64,000 nucleotides of DNA from Chrysomallon squamiferum (GCA_012295275.1 CM022672.1:11408001-11472000), one strand, 5' to 3'; positions 14,346 through 26,975 are shown, counted from the first letter of the stretch. Translations and numbers: made by a program. The notes: generated by a model not told the origin, from the sequence alone.

Positions 14346-14356
14346 TTATATATAAG
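14346..14356 (+). promoter_or_regulatory. Candidate TATA box of Cys-loop receptor gene
   Basis: TTATATATAAG about 160 nt upstream of the ATG. Confidence 0.35.
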
Positions 14357-14511
14357 CACTGGAAATTCAGAGATAAACAATTTAATCATCTTTAGAAAAC
14401 TTTATTCCGCATACGTTAGTTATATTAGTAACAGAAGGAGAAAGAAGCATTTTTTTATGAAGTATTTAGAAACTGAAAGGAAGTAAAAAAAAAAAAAACC
14501 GTTTTCTCGAG

Positions 14512-15765
14512 ATGATTCTGAAAATTCATCTATTTTTCACTCTCTGTGTGCTCTGTATGACACAGACTTCAAAAACCATTTCAAAGTTTGGAGACTCTTT
14601 GTCACAGCTGTACCAGATTCTTTTCCAGAAGGGCATTTCTAAAATACCTCCTTTCAGAGAAGATAATCCATCCATTGACGTAGAAATTCTAGTTACCAAA
14701 CCGTCGATTCTTCGTTTAGACAGTGCAAGTCAGATACTAGTGACCTCTGTATTTCTCACACTGATATGGACTGATAAAAGAATGTCATGGAATCCAGCAA
14801 AGTTTGCCAATTTTACTTCAATAGAGATCAATAATTCAGAGATCTGGACACCAGTTATAATAGTAAAGAACTCAGCGGAAGGAACAAAGTCACTGGAAAC
14901 TTCCATTCCACTGGTGACCACATTCAAAGGTATGCTAATTATGAATACTATAGATGTTTACAAGACCATTTGCAAAATAGACGTTTCGCGTTTTCCTTTC
15001 GATACACAAGTTTGCACCCTCGTTTTTGCTTCTCCTTATGGGTTTCCTATCAACCTAAGACCTTATCTAGCTCCAGTATCAGAAGCTATAATTAATTTAC
15101 AAACAGAAAATGGTGAATGGGATACTATTAATATGGAACTTAAAACTATAGACCTGGAACATTCTATGGTCGCCATTAAACTGATATTAACTCTGAAAAG
15201 GAGATATGCTTTCTATGTTATTAACATTATTTTCCCAATGTCTCTTTTGGCCGCTCTTAATTGTATGGTTTTTCTCCTGCCAGCAAGCTCGGGCGAAAAG
15301 ATGGGCTTCATAATGTCTGTTTTTATGGCTCACGCTCTATTTCTTAACATAATACAAAGCTCGTTACCAACAACCTCTGAGCAGATATCGAATCTCGCTC
15401 TCTATCGTCTTCTCAATGAGATTCAAGGATTTTTGGCTATAGCAGGCACCATTATTGTTGAAAATCGCTACCACGGTTTGAAGAAAGACAAGAAAAACCA
15501 AAAGACCCTGCATGAAAAAATCTTACGATGTTTTGAAAGTTGGCGGAAACCCATCTCGCAAAAGTATGCAACTTCTGAGCAGGCGCAAGAGGAATCAATT
15601 AGAACGCGGACGTCACAGGAAACAGAACAGACTGCTGAACACCAGGAAAACGTTAGCTTCAAGACTGAAAAATGTAGCAGTTTCAGTGATCGTCATTTGG
15701 ACGTTGTATTTTTTATTATGACTGTAGCTATAGCTTTTAGTAATATTTTTATTTTAATTAAATGA
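14512..15765 (+). CDS. Intronless pentameric ligand-gated ion channel (nicotinic acetylcholine receptor-like, non-alpha/atypical) subunit, 417 aa
   Basis: Single 1254-nt ORF with signal peptide, WxD.R..W, IWTP, Cys-loop CKIDVSRFPFDTQVC (C-x13-C), ENGEW, LKRR before M1, LPASSGEK M1-M2 linker and four hydrophobic segments; no loop-C vicinal cysteines. Confidence 0.95.
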   Translation: MILKIHLFFTLCVLCMTQTSKTISKFGDSLSQLYQILFQKGISKIPPFREDNPSIDVEILVTKPSILRLDSASQILVTSVFLTLIWTDKRMSWNPAKFANFTSIEINNSEIWTPVIIVKNSAEGTKSLETSIPLVTTFKGMLIMNTIDVYKTICKIDVSRFPFDTQVCTLVFASPYGFPINLRPYLAPVSEAIINLQTENGEWDTINMELKTIDLEHSMVAIKLILTLKRRYAFYVINIIFPMSLLAALNCMVFLLPASSGEKMGFIMSVFMAHALFLNIIQSSLPTTSEQISNLALYRLLNEIQGFLAIAGTIIVENRYHGLKKDKKNQKTLHEKILRCFESWRKPISQKYATSEQAQEESIRTRTSQETEQTAEHQENVSFKTEKCSSFSDRHLDVVFFIMTVAIAFSNIFILIK

Positions 15766-16061
15766 AGTGAAGATGACACGATACCTTCTAACTGTAAATA
15801 ATATAGCAATCGTGCATTTTATTTTATTTTATTTTATTTTATTTTAATGTTTTTATTATTATTACTATCACTTAAATTTGTCTGTTTGTTTTAGAAAATT
15901 TAAATAGAAATCATCGGTTTTTAATTATATTTTGGTTTAAGTCCTTGATTTATATTTCATTACACTTCTAAATAATTTAAAATGTAATATATTTCCTAAA
16001 TACATCGCCGATGGAAATGCTATAAAATGTGATAATTTAAAGTCCATTTAATAGAAAATAA

Positions 16062-16100
<39 letters not shown>

Positions 16101-16106
16101 ATTAAC

Positions 16107-16146
<40 letters not shown>

Positions 16147-16821
16147 TAATAATAATAATAATAATAACTGTCATAAAGAATTCTATGTCTACCAATAGGC
16201 ACTAACAACAAGTTGTATCTGTTCAAATTTTAATACTCTCTCTTTGTTAAAAACCCTTTTATAAGTTTCTGCGTAATGGCAAATATAAAATTTTAGTACA
16301 CTGTTTGTTTAATCTATCAGTATATCACTTTGCAGATAGCATTACTGATAGGACGAGGAGTTTTATTCTTATAATGAGACTTATTTTTGAAATTCGTGAT
16401 GTATAAATATAATAGATGTTATCGTGATTGCACTTACTGGGCAATTTCCTGAAATACTATGAAGATTCTGTCAGTGACAAATATTCTCCAGTCAGTCACT
16501 GTTTTATAATTAAAATCTGTTACGGAAATAATCGTGTTCTATAAAAGCGGACGATGATTAATATATAGCAAGTCTCACGTATACTCAGGCACGCATACAC
16601 GCACACATGCGAATAGACAGAAATAGGATTTTATTAAATAAATGCAATTTATTTATTTATTTATTTATTTATTTACTGTCTTGGAGGTATAACATTTTAT
16701 TAAAATAAAATTATATATTATATTTTTAAATGACCGATATTTGAAGAGTAATGTATCATTTATATTTTTATTATTATTATTATTATTATTACTACTACTA
16801 CTACTACTACTGCTATCATCA

Positions 16822-16876
<55 letters not shown>

Positions 16877-18239
16877 ATATTTGGTTTGTTTATTAACTTC
16901 AAGATGGGAGATTCTGTTTTAACTATTATAATAATAATAACTAAAGTGTGATTGATTATTGCGAGTGTAACCGGCACAGTTAGTCAGATAAATAACAAAA
17001 ATGTGTAAGCTTCATACACATAAATACTAAACTTGAATACCAAGCAATCGTTAAATATACTTTTCTTTTCACTTTCAAACATATTTATGCTTATAAAATA
17101 TATCCCATTTTAATTTTATTAAATTAATTATGTCCTACTGGTAGGTACATAATATTTGTTTTTGTAATAAAATTATTAGTATATTTTTGCTTTTGGTGAT
17201 AAAATTAAACGAGTATTTTGTCACTGCTTGTTTTATTTTGTTTGTTATGCTCGCCGTGGCGATAAACTTGGCAAACAGTAATAATAATTATAGATTCATG
17301 TTTCAAGTTATTAAGTTCATTTATAGCACACTGATACTTATCCAGATACTAAAACTATACGTAATAAAACCTTTAATTTTATGAAATTTATTTGTGCTTG
17401 GCTTGTGTCGTTCTGGGAAAGAACTGAAACGCATAACGAAAAATAACGAGTAAACAAGCAATTCTGAATGTTCATCTGCTGGTTCTTTTGTTTGCATACT
17501 ACCAGGTATCGGCTGAAAACATTTAAGCTGCATACTTAACGAACAATGAATCCCTTAAGAGTCTAATATATCGAAATAATTTACTGCCAAATAATAAAGA
17601 CTGTCCGAAAACAACAAATGTAAGATTAATAAACCATCCCACAGGGTAAGAATTTGTTTTGTTCAAGTCTTAATTGTTCTCCGCCTATTTCAACCAGAAT
17701 TGATCGACCTTCCATAAGTAGGCGCTATTTCGACCATGAAAACTGAACTTTCATTAAGAGTTTCTCAAAACCTCAGGGTAAACTAATTTGCTGCAAATAC
17801 ATGTATTAACAACATGAGCTAAACTACGTTAAGTATTGATAAAAGAGACGTGTGTTGTAATATGTGTTAATAACATCGGTATAATCTAATTAGTACTTCC
17901 ATTTCCATTTAAACATCAAACGTAACCACCATCACCCCTACTAGTAACATTATTATTATTTTCCAAGCTAACATTGTTAATAGTTTCACTTGACCGGTGG
18001 CAAAGAATTGTGGATCAAACTTTAGCACACATAACAGCTAAGTAATGCACTGACGTAAGAAAGATGTACAGACATAAAAAGAAGGTAAACAAATGTCGTA
18101 CAGTCTGTATAAAGAAAAATACACAGCAGAAAAAATGTAGTCTAGATTATGTGAAGTTTGTTAGGTTGGTGCGGTTGTAAAATTTACTCTTTCTCGTTTA
18201 ACGCAAGCCATCTTTTATGTGTAACTACCTGTCTGAAAA

Positions 18240-19040
18240 GGAAGTACCACGGTGGAAACAGCATCGAAAACTGGTAAGTCCCGTTAATGATGTTAAAACA
18301 CTTGGTGTTGATAATACTGATAATGTTGATAATGTCAAATGGAACAAACATTGATGATATTGTTGCTGAAAATGACAGTATTACTGATTATAACCTTGAT
18401 GACGATAACGATAACAACAGTAAGAAAGAAGAGTGTTGATTATATATTGTAACGATAACGTGAAAGCTAATCCTAACATGGTTAAATGTTTATCTAATTA
18501 AAGACACAATTAACCTAGTATTTCACAAAATTGGGCTATTAATGATGTGGGAAAAAACCAAAATATCAAAGATAAAGATTTACATTAATCAACTGAAAGA
18601 TTATATTCGTGGGCATACGTATCAAATATGTTAAAATTACCAGTATTCGTCTGGGTTTTTTTTTTGTGTTTTTTTTCCTGGTTGTTGATTGGTGGGTTGT
18701 TTTTTTTTTTCCGCTTTGTCTGAACTCCGTGCTATTAACATAGCATTCAGTAATAACAATAATTGGAGAATTCATTTTTTTAATTATTACTATTTACAAA
18801 TAAGGCACGTTCGGTGTTAATTTTATAGTATGTCTACAAATATTTCGAAAATTAGATGGTCAGCGTAAAAACGAGATAGATAATTGTAAACTGTATTACT
18901 TTAATATTTTACTATGAATAAAAAATCCAAACAACCAAACAAAAACCAAACCCAATCCATTCAAAAATAACTAACTAAATTAATAAAGATAAAAATGAAA
19001 AACAAAAACAAAACAAAAACGAATTAACAATAACAATAAC

Positions 19041-19092
<52 letters not shown>

Positions 19093-19705
19093 GAATAAAT
19101 AAATAAAAGGTAAATATTTACTGGGTTTGGATCATTTGTGAAAGATATGACGGCAAAGCACGTGAACGAAAAGACAAAAAAAAAAAAAATCCATTTTCTT
19201 TTTGGAAAAATTCAAGCTTGGTCAGTTCAGTTACACGAAGGTAAGTAATATGAAGTCTCTCGAAAAGTAGCTTTCTTTTTATCACCCTCTCTCTCTCTGT
19301 TACTGCGTTTAACCTACACCAGCTTCTGATCGGATTTCAAGGAGCGAGTGCGTTCACGTTTCTGTTAGATTATTACTTGTCTGTTACGTTAGGTGCTCGC
19401 GACAAGCAGACGACATTAACTATCCTAGCCAATGACGAAATGAAACAGCTAAAGTGGGAGGTTGTCGTGCGTCTCCATTCGTCAAACGTTGAAACAAAGA
19501 TACAATTCAGACATTTCAGTCCCCTCCTTTTCACTGTCGTTGTGACAAATAGTTCCTCTTGGTCAGCGTATTTCGTAAAAATGAACACTCCCCCGAAGTT
19601 CACCGTATATGGCAAAATTAAATGGTCTTACACTGTAACGACGCCTGAGGATAATAACGAATGTAATAAATTATTTCACAACAGTTGTATCTGGCAATAT
19701 AATTA
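18240..19705 (-). pseudogene. Inverted partial duplicate of the Argos-like gene (upstream region, exon 1, start of intron 1)
   Basis: Reverse complement of ~1100-2590. 19210-19705 is nearly identical to 1100-1600. The exon-1 copy (ATG at 19194) has an expanded T-run and a 17-nt deletion and reaches TGA as assembled. The intron part (18240-19100) is clearly more diverged. No downstream exons found. Confidence 0.75.
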
Positions 19706-19795
19706 TAAATAAAGCAAAAGGGCGACTTAACGTGATGGAGAGAATCATTATTAATTATGTGAGTAATCTGTTGATATATCTCTAATCTCTATCGC

Positions 19796-19889
<94 letters not shown>

Positions 19890-21130
19890 GTTTCTTTCTG
19901 ACTCTCCAGACATCTTGGAATATAAAATATTTAATTTAATTTAAAACACAACTATATATGGCGTGATTAAGTTACGATTTCTTTTCATCAGACAGTTGTT
20001 ATTCCATAAAATAAAATTAAGATTTGCAGGAACTCATAAATATGAATTACCTAAAGCTGCTTGGCATCTTTCGTGTCACTTCTGAAATCCTACTGAAAAT
20101 CTTGTTTCGTGTTTACAGAATTAATACAAACATACATTCACAAAACAGTGCCGATAACATCAAACCTAAAACGTTTTGCTAAAAAATATCTAACAGAAAT
20201 CATCTGTTTATACTAAAGAATTTTCTCAAATTGACACCCGCCCACTACGTCACGTTACACTTGCTGGCCAGATAACGGCTTTGTTTAAAAACACTTCTGG
20301 CGCCGTCTACGCTATGATGACGGACATTAGAACCAGGGACAGATCTGAAAACGTTTTTACAGCAGGGGTGTTAAGAAGCAGATTTGTTAAACAAAAATGT
20401 GTGAATGTGTAGAATCCGAAAATTAATTAAACAAAAAGAAAAGAAAAATAAGATGATATCAGTGTGGAATAATGATAATAATTTTTATTGAAATGGCTGT
20501 AATAAGATCATGTTGTAGAACGGACTTGTAATGTGTAAGTCCGTGTACAAATATGAGTGAACGCCAGCCGTAGAAATGATGCTAGCAAATTTGAAAGAAA
20601 TTCCTGAATAGACTGCTGCAGTGTGCACTGAATTATTACGGCGATTCATTTTTTTTTTTTTTTTTACTCAATTGTTATTGTAGGTGGCTTTTTGAATCTG
20701 ATAAAAGACGGTGATACACAACAAATATCTTTTGAAACCGTATAACATAACTTCTAACCCGTCTTCAAGCCGTTACAATACAGTTTGAAATTTGAAACGG
20801 TAAACGATATGTTACAAACTATTCATAGCACAGTGAAAGAAATATCATTTACATATCTGCAGTTTTTAATTATCCCAGACTGCGAAGCCAAACTCATTAT
20901 TAACGTTTTCTTTATAATATCGCTAAGTGCAAATATTCTATTCATAATTTCAGTAACTACCAACTTTCTGTTTGTTCAGTGAGTAATTGCTACCTTTCTA
21001 TTTATAATGTTAAGGTTTATAAGGTTAAATAAAAATTATTACATTTGACACGGCTGTATTCATTCGTACTTTATTCCTGCTGATGTGCTACATTTGTATG
21101 TAATCAACATTTTACAAAAAAATGGTGTTA

Positions 21131-21209
<79 letters not shown>

Positions 21210-21440
21210 GTATGTATATATCTATCTATATATACATATATATAACTATTTCTTTTGTATGCTTATTTGGTGTCTCTTTATTTGTGTGGTCTCGTGACGC
21301 CATAAACAAAAATAATATAAATTATATATCTGAAAATAACATACATTTTTGTTGCTATTATATTATTTTATGTATATTTTGGAAAATCCATTGTTTTATT
21401 ACAGAAGATTTTTTTTCCACGTTTATCATTAATTGAAATG

Positions 21441-21527
<87 letters not shown>

Positions 21528-22029
21528 TATATGTTTGTACATTAGTATGTATGTGTATGTATTTGTACGCAAAATATATAATGCAGATTTATAATTCACA
21601 ATAATTAATCAATAATATATTTTTTTAATTTTTATCTTTGATTTTATTTATTATTATTATTTCATTTTATTTTGATATTATTATTATTATTTTTGTATTT
21701 TACCATGGCGGTAGCTATATTGAGGCAAATGAGGCCAATGCCTCATACCGAAATGTATGATTTTTTTGGATTTAAAAAAAATATATTTAATTGATTATAT
21801 ACATACATATATATATATATTCAAAGATTTTATTTTAAAAATATCAAATATAAACATCCACTGAATGAATTCGTTTATGTCTACGGTTACCGTTTGAAGT
21901 CAACCAATATCTACCGGCCATAAAGTTATATGGATTGTTTGTACTTCAAGCGTAAATAACCCATTTATACAATGTCATTCATTTTCGCTTTTTTTTCTTT
22001 CTTCATTTTTTTTTTAAATCTTTTTTTAA

Positions 22030-22997
22030 ACAATTTAATATTAATGGTTTTATAAAAGTGTATTCTTATCAAAATTTATCTTTAATTTCGTATAATGTCA
22101 AAGTTTTATGACTGTATATTCTTATTAAAATGTAATTTACTTTCGTATTTAATATTAATGGTTTTATGGTAGTATATATAACTTAATGTAACTTAATTTC
22201 GTATATTAACATAGTTAAATTGCAATATATTCTTATTAAACGACCTTTCTATTTCCATTTATTATTATTAATGGGTTTTTGACAGTATATTCGTATTAAG
22301 ATATAATTTATTCTCATAATTAATAGTAATGATTTTGTGGAAGTGTATTTCATTTTATTAATTTGTAATTTAGTCTCATATTTAATATTAATGATTTTAA
22401 ATTAGTATATTAAAATGTAATTTACTATTATGTTTAACATTAATGGTTTTAAGGTAGTATATTAAAATGTAATTTACCCTTGTATTTAATATTAATGGTT
22501 CTGTGGAAGTATGTTCTTAATAAAAATATAATTTATTTATCGCATTTCATATTAATAATTTTAAACTAGTATATTAAAATGTAATTTACTCTTGTATTTA
22601 ATATTAATGGTTTTGTGGAAGTATATTCTTATTAAAATATAATTTACTTTCGTGTTTAATATTAATGATTTTGATATAATATATTAAGATATACTTTACT
22701 TTCGTATTTAATATTAATAGCTTCAAGGTAGTATATTAAGATATAATTTACTCTTGTATTTAATATTAAAGATCTTATGGTAGTATATTAAGATATAATT
22801 TACTCTTGTATTTAATATTAAAGATCTTATGGTAGTATATTAAGACATAATTTACTCTTGTATTTAATATTAAAGATCTTATGGTAGCATATTAAGATAC
22901 AATTTACTCTTGTATTTAATATTAAAGATCTTATGGTAGCATATTAAGATACAATTTACTCTTGTATTTAATATTAAAGATCTTATGGTAGTATATT
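22030..22997. repeat. ~52-bp AT-rich minisatellite overlapping the METTL24-A stop codon/3' UTR
   Basis: Unit TCTTATGGTAGTATATTAAGATATAATTTACTCTTGTATTTAATATTAAAGA; about five near-identical copies at 22720-22997 and progressively degenerate copies toward 22030. Confidence 0.9.
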
Positions 22998-23342
22998 CGT
23001 ATTAACATAGTGTACTTCCTGACAACGAGACCGAGGAATAGGAAAAATTTGTGGCCAATAAATTCTGCATACAGGGTTCTTGTGAACGTAAAACCGCCTG
23101 AATCCAAGTTTTTCTATCGCAGACAACACCGTCAGTTTTTCAACACCTTCCTTGTAATCCATCTTCTTCACGAAGTGAAACTCTATTAAGAGTTGTCTAA
23201 CCTTGTTCAGCTCTCCGGTTTCAATCATGTTGGATAAAACAGACCACTCGGCTGCTTCAATGTCAATTTTTAAAACATCAATAACAGTCTGAAATCAAAT
23301 ATAAAATGTTATTTATATACATTTTAAAAATATTTCTTTAAT

Positions 23343-23385
<43 letters not shown>

Positions 23386-26300
23386 TGATATAGTTTTAAT
23401 AACCTTTTTAAAATATCAATAGTACACTTTTTATGGTAGTAGCAGTGGTGGTGATAACAACAGTAGTGGTAGTAGTAGTCCTAGCAGCAGTAGTGGTAGT
23501 AGTAACAAGAAATATTAATTTTTGTCTATTCGTTTAATATCAAAACATCATGTGCATTTTGTATTTTAATTACTTTATTCGTTTTTATTTCTTCTGAATA
23601 AATGAAAGGTCTAAAGAGAAACTTCATCTTGATAACATTGTTTTAATTTGCATAACTGTTACATATTTAACATTGTTTTAATTTGCGTAACTGTTACGTA
23701 TTTAACATTGTTTTAATTTCCATAACTGTTACGTAATTAACATTGTTTTAATTTGCGTAACTGTTACGTATTTAACATTGTTTTAAATTGCGTAACTATT
23801 ACGTATTTAATATTGTTTTAATTTGCGTATCTGTTACATATTTAACATATGTAGTTTTGGAGATTACGAACGCCATTGCAGTGAAATACTGTGCTAGCCG
23901 GAACGAGGCTGGGAAATGGTAATGTGAAATAAGAGGCCGCGACCAAAATTCTCGTACAGCGAACAGTACGACTGGTCGGAAAGATGGTCAGAGTTCGCGC
24001 GGTTGTTAAACAGGCAGGTCATTAAGTGAGGGGCGTTTGCATTTGTTATCAACAGAACGAGAGAATTTTTTTAAAACAATGATCCAATAAACAGGTGAAA
24101 CAATTTCAGGGAATAAATATAAAAATAATTAACTATTTTTCAGTTTAAATGTATAATTTCTGAATTTTTTTTTTTAGGATTATACGTAATTCCTAAAATG
24201 AATCAGATATTATACACAATTCTTGAAAATGTAATCAGTATACACAATCTCTGGTTATGCCTGTTCTTTATAACATAATTATGTACGTATTCCGACGAAT
24301 GCACACATACACACATACTCACAAAAACGTAAATATATATACCTCAGAATGATTTAACATCTTTTTTATCGCAGTCAGTGTCATTAGATGCCACGCACGT
24401 GTGTTTACTTCATTTTTTCCTCCAATCCCAATTTTATAGAACATATTCTTTTCACTCATTCGTTTTGTCTCCAATTTAGCCATGCTTCATTTAAAATGAT
24501 TACAAAAGTAAAATAATAAAGTTTAGTCCACATTTGCATTTATAAAATACAAAAATAGTGCTTACTGAAATAAACAAAGTAAATATATAAGTAAATTATT
24601 GAACAATGATTATTCTCTAGTTCGTTTATGCGATAAAAGTCGAATCTGATTATTTCTTCTATATTTTATTTTATTTTATTTTATTTTATTATTTTATTTT
24701 ATTATTAAAAGCAAGTACAGATGGGTTATCCTTGCTCTCTGTTTAAAGAGAATCGGCTACCGATGTGGATTATAATAAAATAAAAGATACTGCTGGAATG
24801 ACGCTTAGACAAAAGCGATTGTTGAAGTTGAATCATTGCCTTTTTAACACGGCTTCATTTTTTCATTCGTTTTACGTTTAAAAGTGAAATCATTAAATAA
24901 TAATAATAATAATAATAACAGATCGATAAAACAAACGGTTTGGTGTAATTACCTTGGATCAAACGAAAGCACCTCACAGCCATAACATTTCACAACATCT
25001 TTATCAAAACTGAAATCGTAGTTGATTCTACAATATATCACAAATGAAAAATGAATTTTCATTTTATATGTACTTATATATATGTATATGTGTATGTATA
25101 TGTGTATGTGTGTGTATGTGTGTGTATGTGTGTGTATGTATGTATGTATGTATGTGTGTGTATGTGTGTATGTATGTATGCATGCATGTATGTATGTATG
25201 TATGTGTTGTGTATGGTTGTGTGTAGTTGTGTTTGTGGTGTGTATGGAGTGTGTGTGTGCATATGTATGTATTTATATATGTGTGTATGCTTGTGTATAT
25301 TTAAGAATTAAAAAAAACAGTGGCTCAGGAATTTTAATATTAAAACAAATTCATTTTCTAATTTTATCTCCAGGGATTCGAGTTGATCATTATAATGTAT
25401 ATTGCAGTGTGCTTTGGACCTATTTGTTTTTAAAGCCAACATTGTTGTACTGGTTTGTGTTTATTTATTATTTTGCTGTTTTATTATTTTTTTTTTAAAA
25501 TATTAATATACATAAAACATTTTAAAACTGTATACAAAAGCTCTCAGAGGTTATTACAAATACATTTCTAGAACAAACAATACATTTCTAAATCTATTTA
25601 CAACTATTTCAAAAACTATTTACAAGCTACCTTTTCAGAAAAGAACATTAAGAAAGAAATTCGGAACAAACGTATCCTATGTCTCTTTTTCTGAATGCCT
25701 GTCGTATATCAGTTTCATTTATACTGGTTTATGCGTCCGTGTATCTGTGAATGTCAACATAAGTATCTATATGTATGACTTAACTAATGCACAAAGCTTA
25801 ATACGACAGTACGTTTGTATTTATGTGTAGGCCTATGTCTGTTTGCATGTGAATGAAGTTCATGTATATATTTCATAACTGTTAACAAGGTTATATAATA
25901 ACATTTATTAAAAGGCAGAAATTACGTTTACGTTATAATAACATTACATAATTGATAAATAAATGAACAACATGGAAAGCGTTACCCAAACGAATAAACA
26001 ATACACGGTGTGACGGGTCGATATGGCAGATCATCACAAATTTCCCACCCTCCGTCTCCTATATGACCCATTCTGATTTTCCGCTCACACACAATGTCTA
26101 TGTTGTCTGTGTAACTGGAAACGTAGGATGAAAATATTTCATTTAACTATATGTCGATAGTGTAACTGGAAAAGGAAAATGTTTTTTATAATTTACTTAT
26201 CAAGTTAGCTACCGACACTATGATCATGTTACCTGTAATACTACATGATAAGACTGATATAATTAATCTGTAATGTTACCTGTGATATGTTTTCCACAGC

Positions 26301-26889
26301 TCATCCACGTCCATTGTTTTAATCTTCTCTTCACTTGGTAAATGTTTAACCTTAATAAAACATGGACATTTTCACACAAGAGTTTAGGAACTCTGGGAAG
26401 GGAATAGAAAATTAAACACATTTATAAAGCAAAATCTCAAGATGATAACAGTGTCAAAAATGGTGATACCGATTAATTTATTTTATTACACACATAACTT
26501 TTTTTTTTCTTTTTTTTTAAAATTTTTTTTTTTAAATACATGAAAAATTATTTACTTTAAAAAAACAAGATATATCTATTAAGTATATAATTTAAATAAC
26601 AACAAACATGTAAATTCAGTGAACGTTATTACTACAAAGAATTACATTACCGAAAGCGGAATATTAATGCGAAAAATCGTTGTACACAATTCTCTGTCTT
26701 AGCCTTTCAGGTGAATTAAAGAATTAATTAATGAATTAAGTAATAATCTGTTTTCTGACAAGCATATTTTGTTTAGGAAACAATTCTTACCAAACCTTTT
26801 CTTCTAACATCTGCAAGCACTGAATTATCAATTTCAGGAATTTTTCTCTCTGAGAGAGGCCCGTTCTTTATCTATAATAATAATAATAA

Positions 26890-26975
<86 letters not shown>

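Noticed and set aside
14512-15765. Calling the channel a bona fide cephalopod chemotactile receptor or a named CHRNA/CHRNB gene
   Set aside because: Species unknown and no diagnostic similarity can be established without a phylogeny; gene symbol left blank.
17321-17620. Possible exon 2 of the inverted Argos-like duplicate
   Set aside because: Minus-strand translation after the candidate acceptor lacks the cysteine pattern and stops early.
22030-22997. CRISPR-like polarised repeat array
   Set aside because: Units are head-to-tail with no unique spacers, there are no cas genes, and the context is eukaryotic; it is a minisatellite.
23633-23848. 35-bp palindromic repeats resembling CRISPR repeats
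   Set aside because: Contiguous with no spacers.
25044-25498. Numerous poly-I/Y/L, SL-, CV-, ER- and HT-repeat ORFs here and throughout the window
   Set aside because: Translations of microsatellites, not genes.
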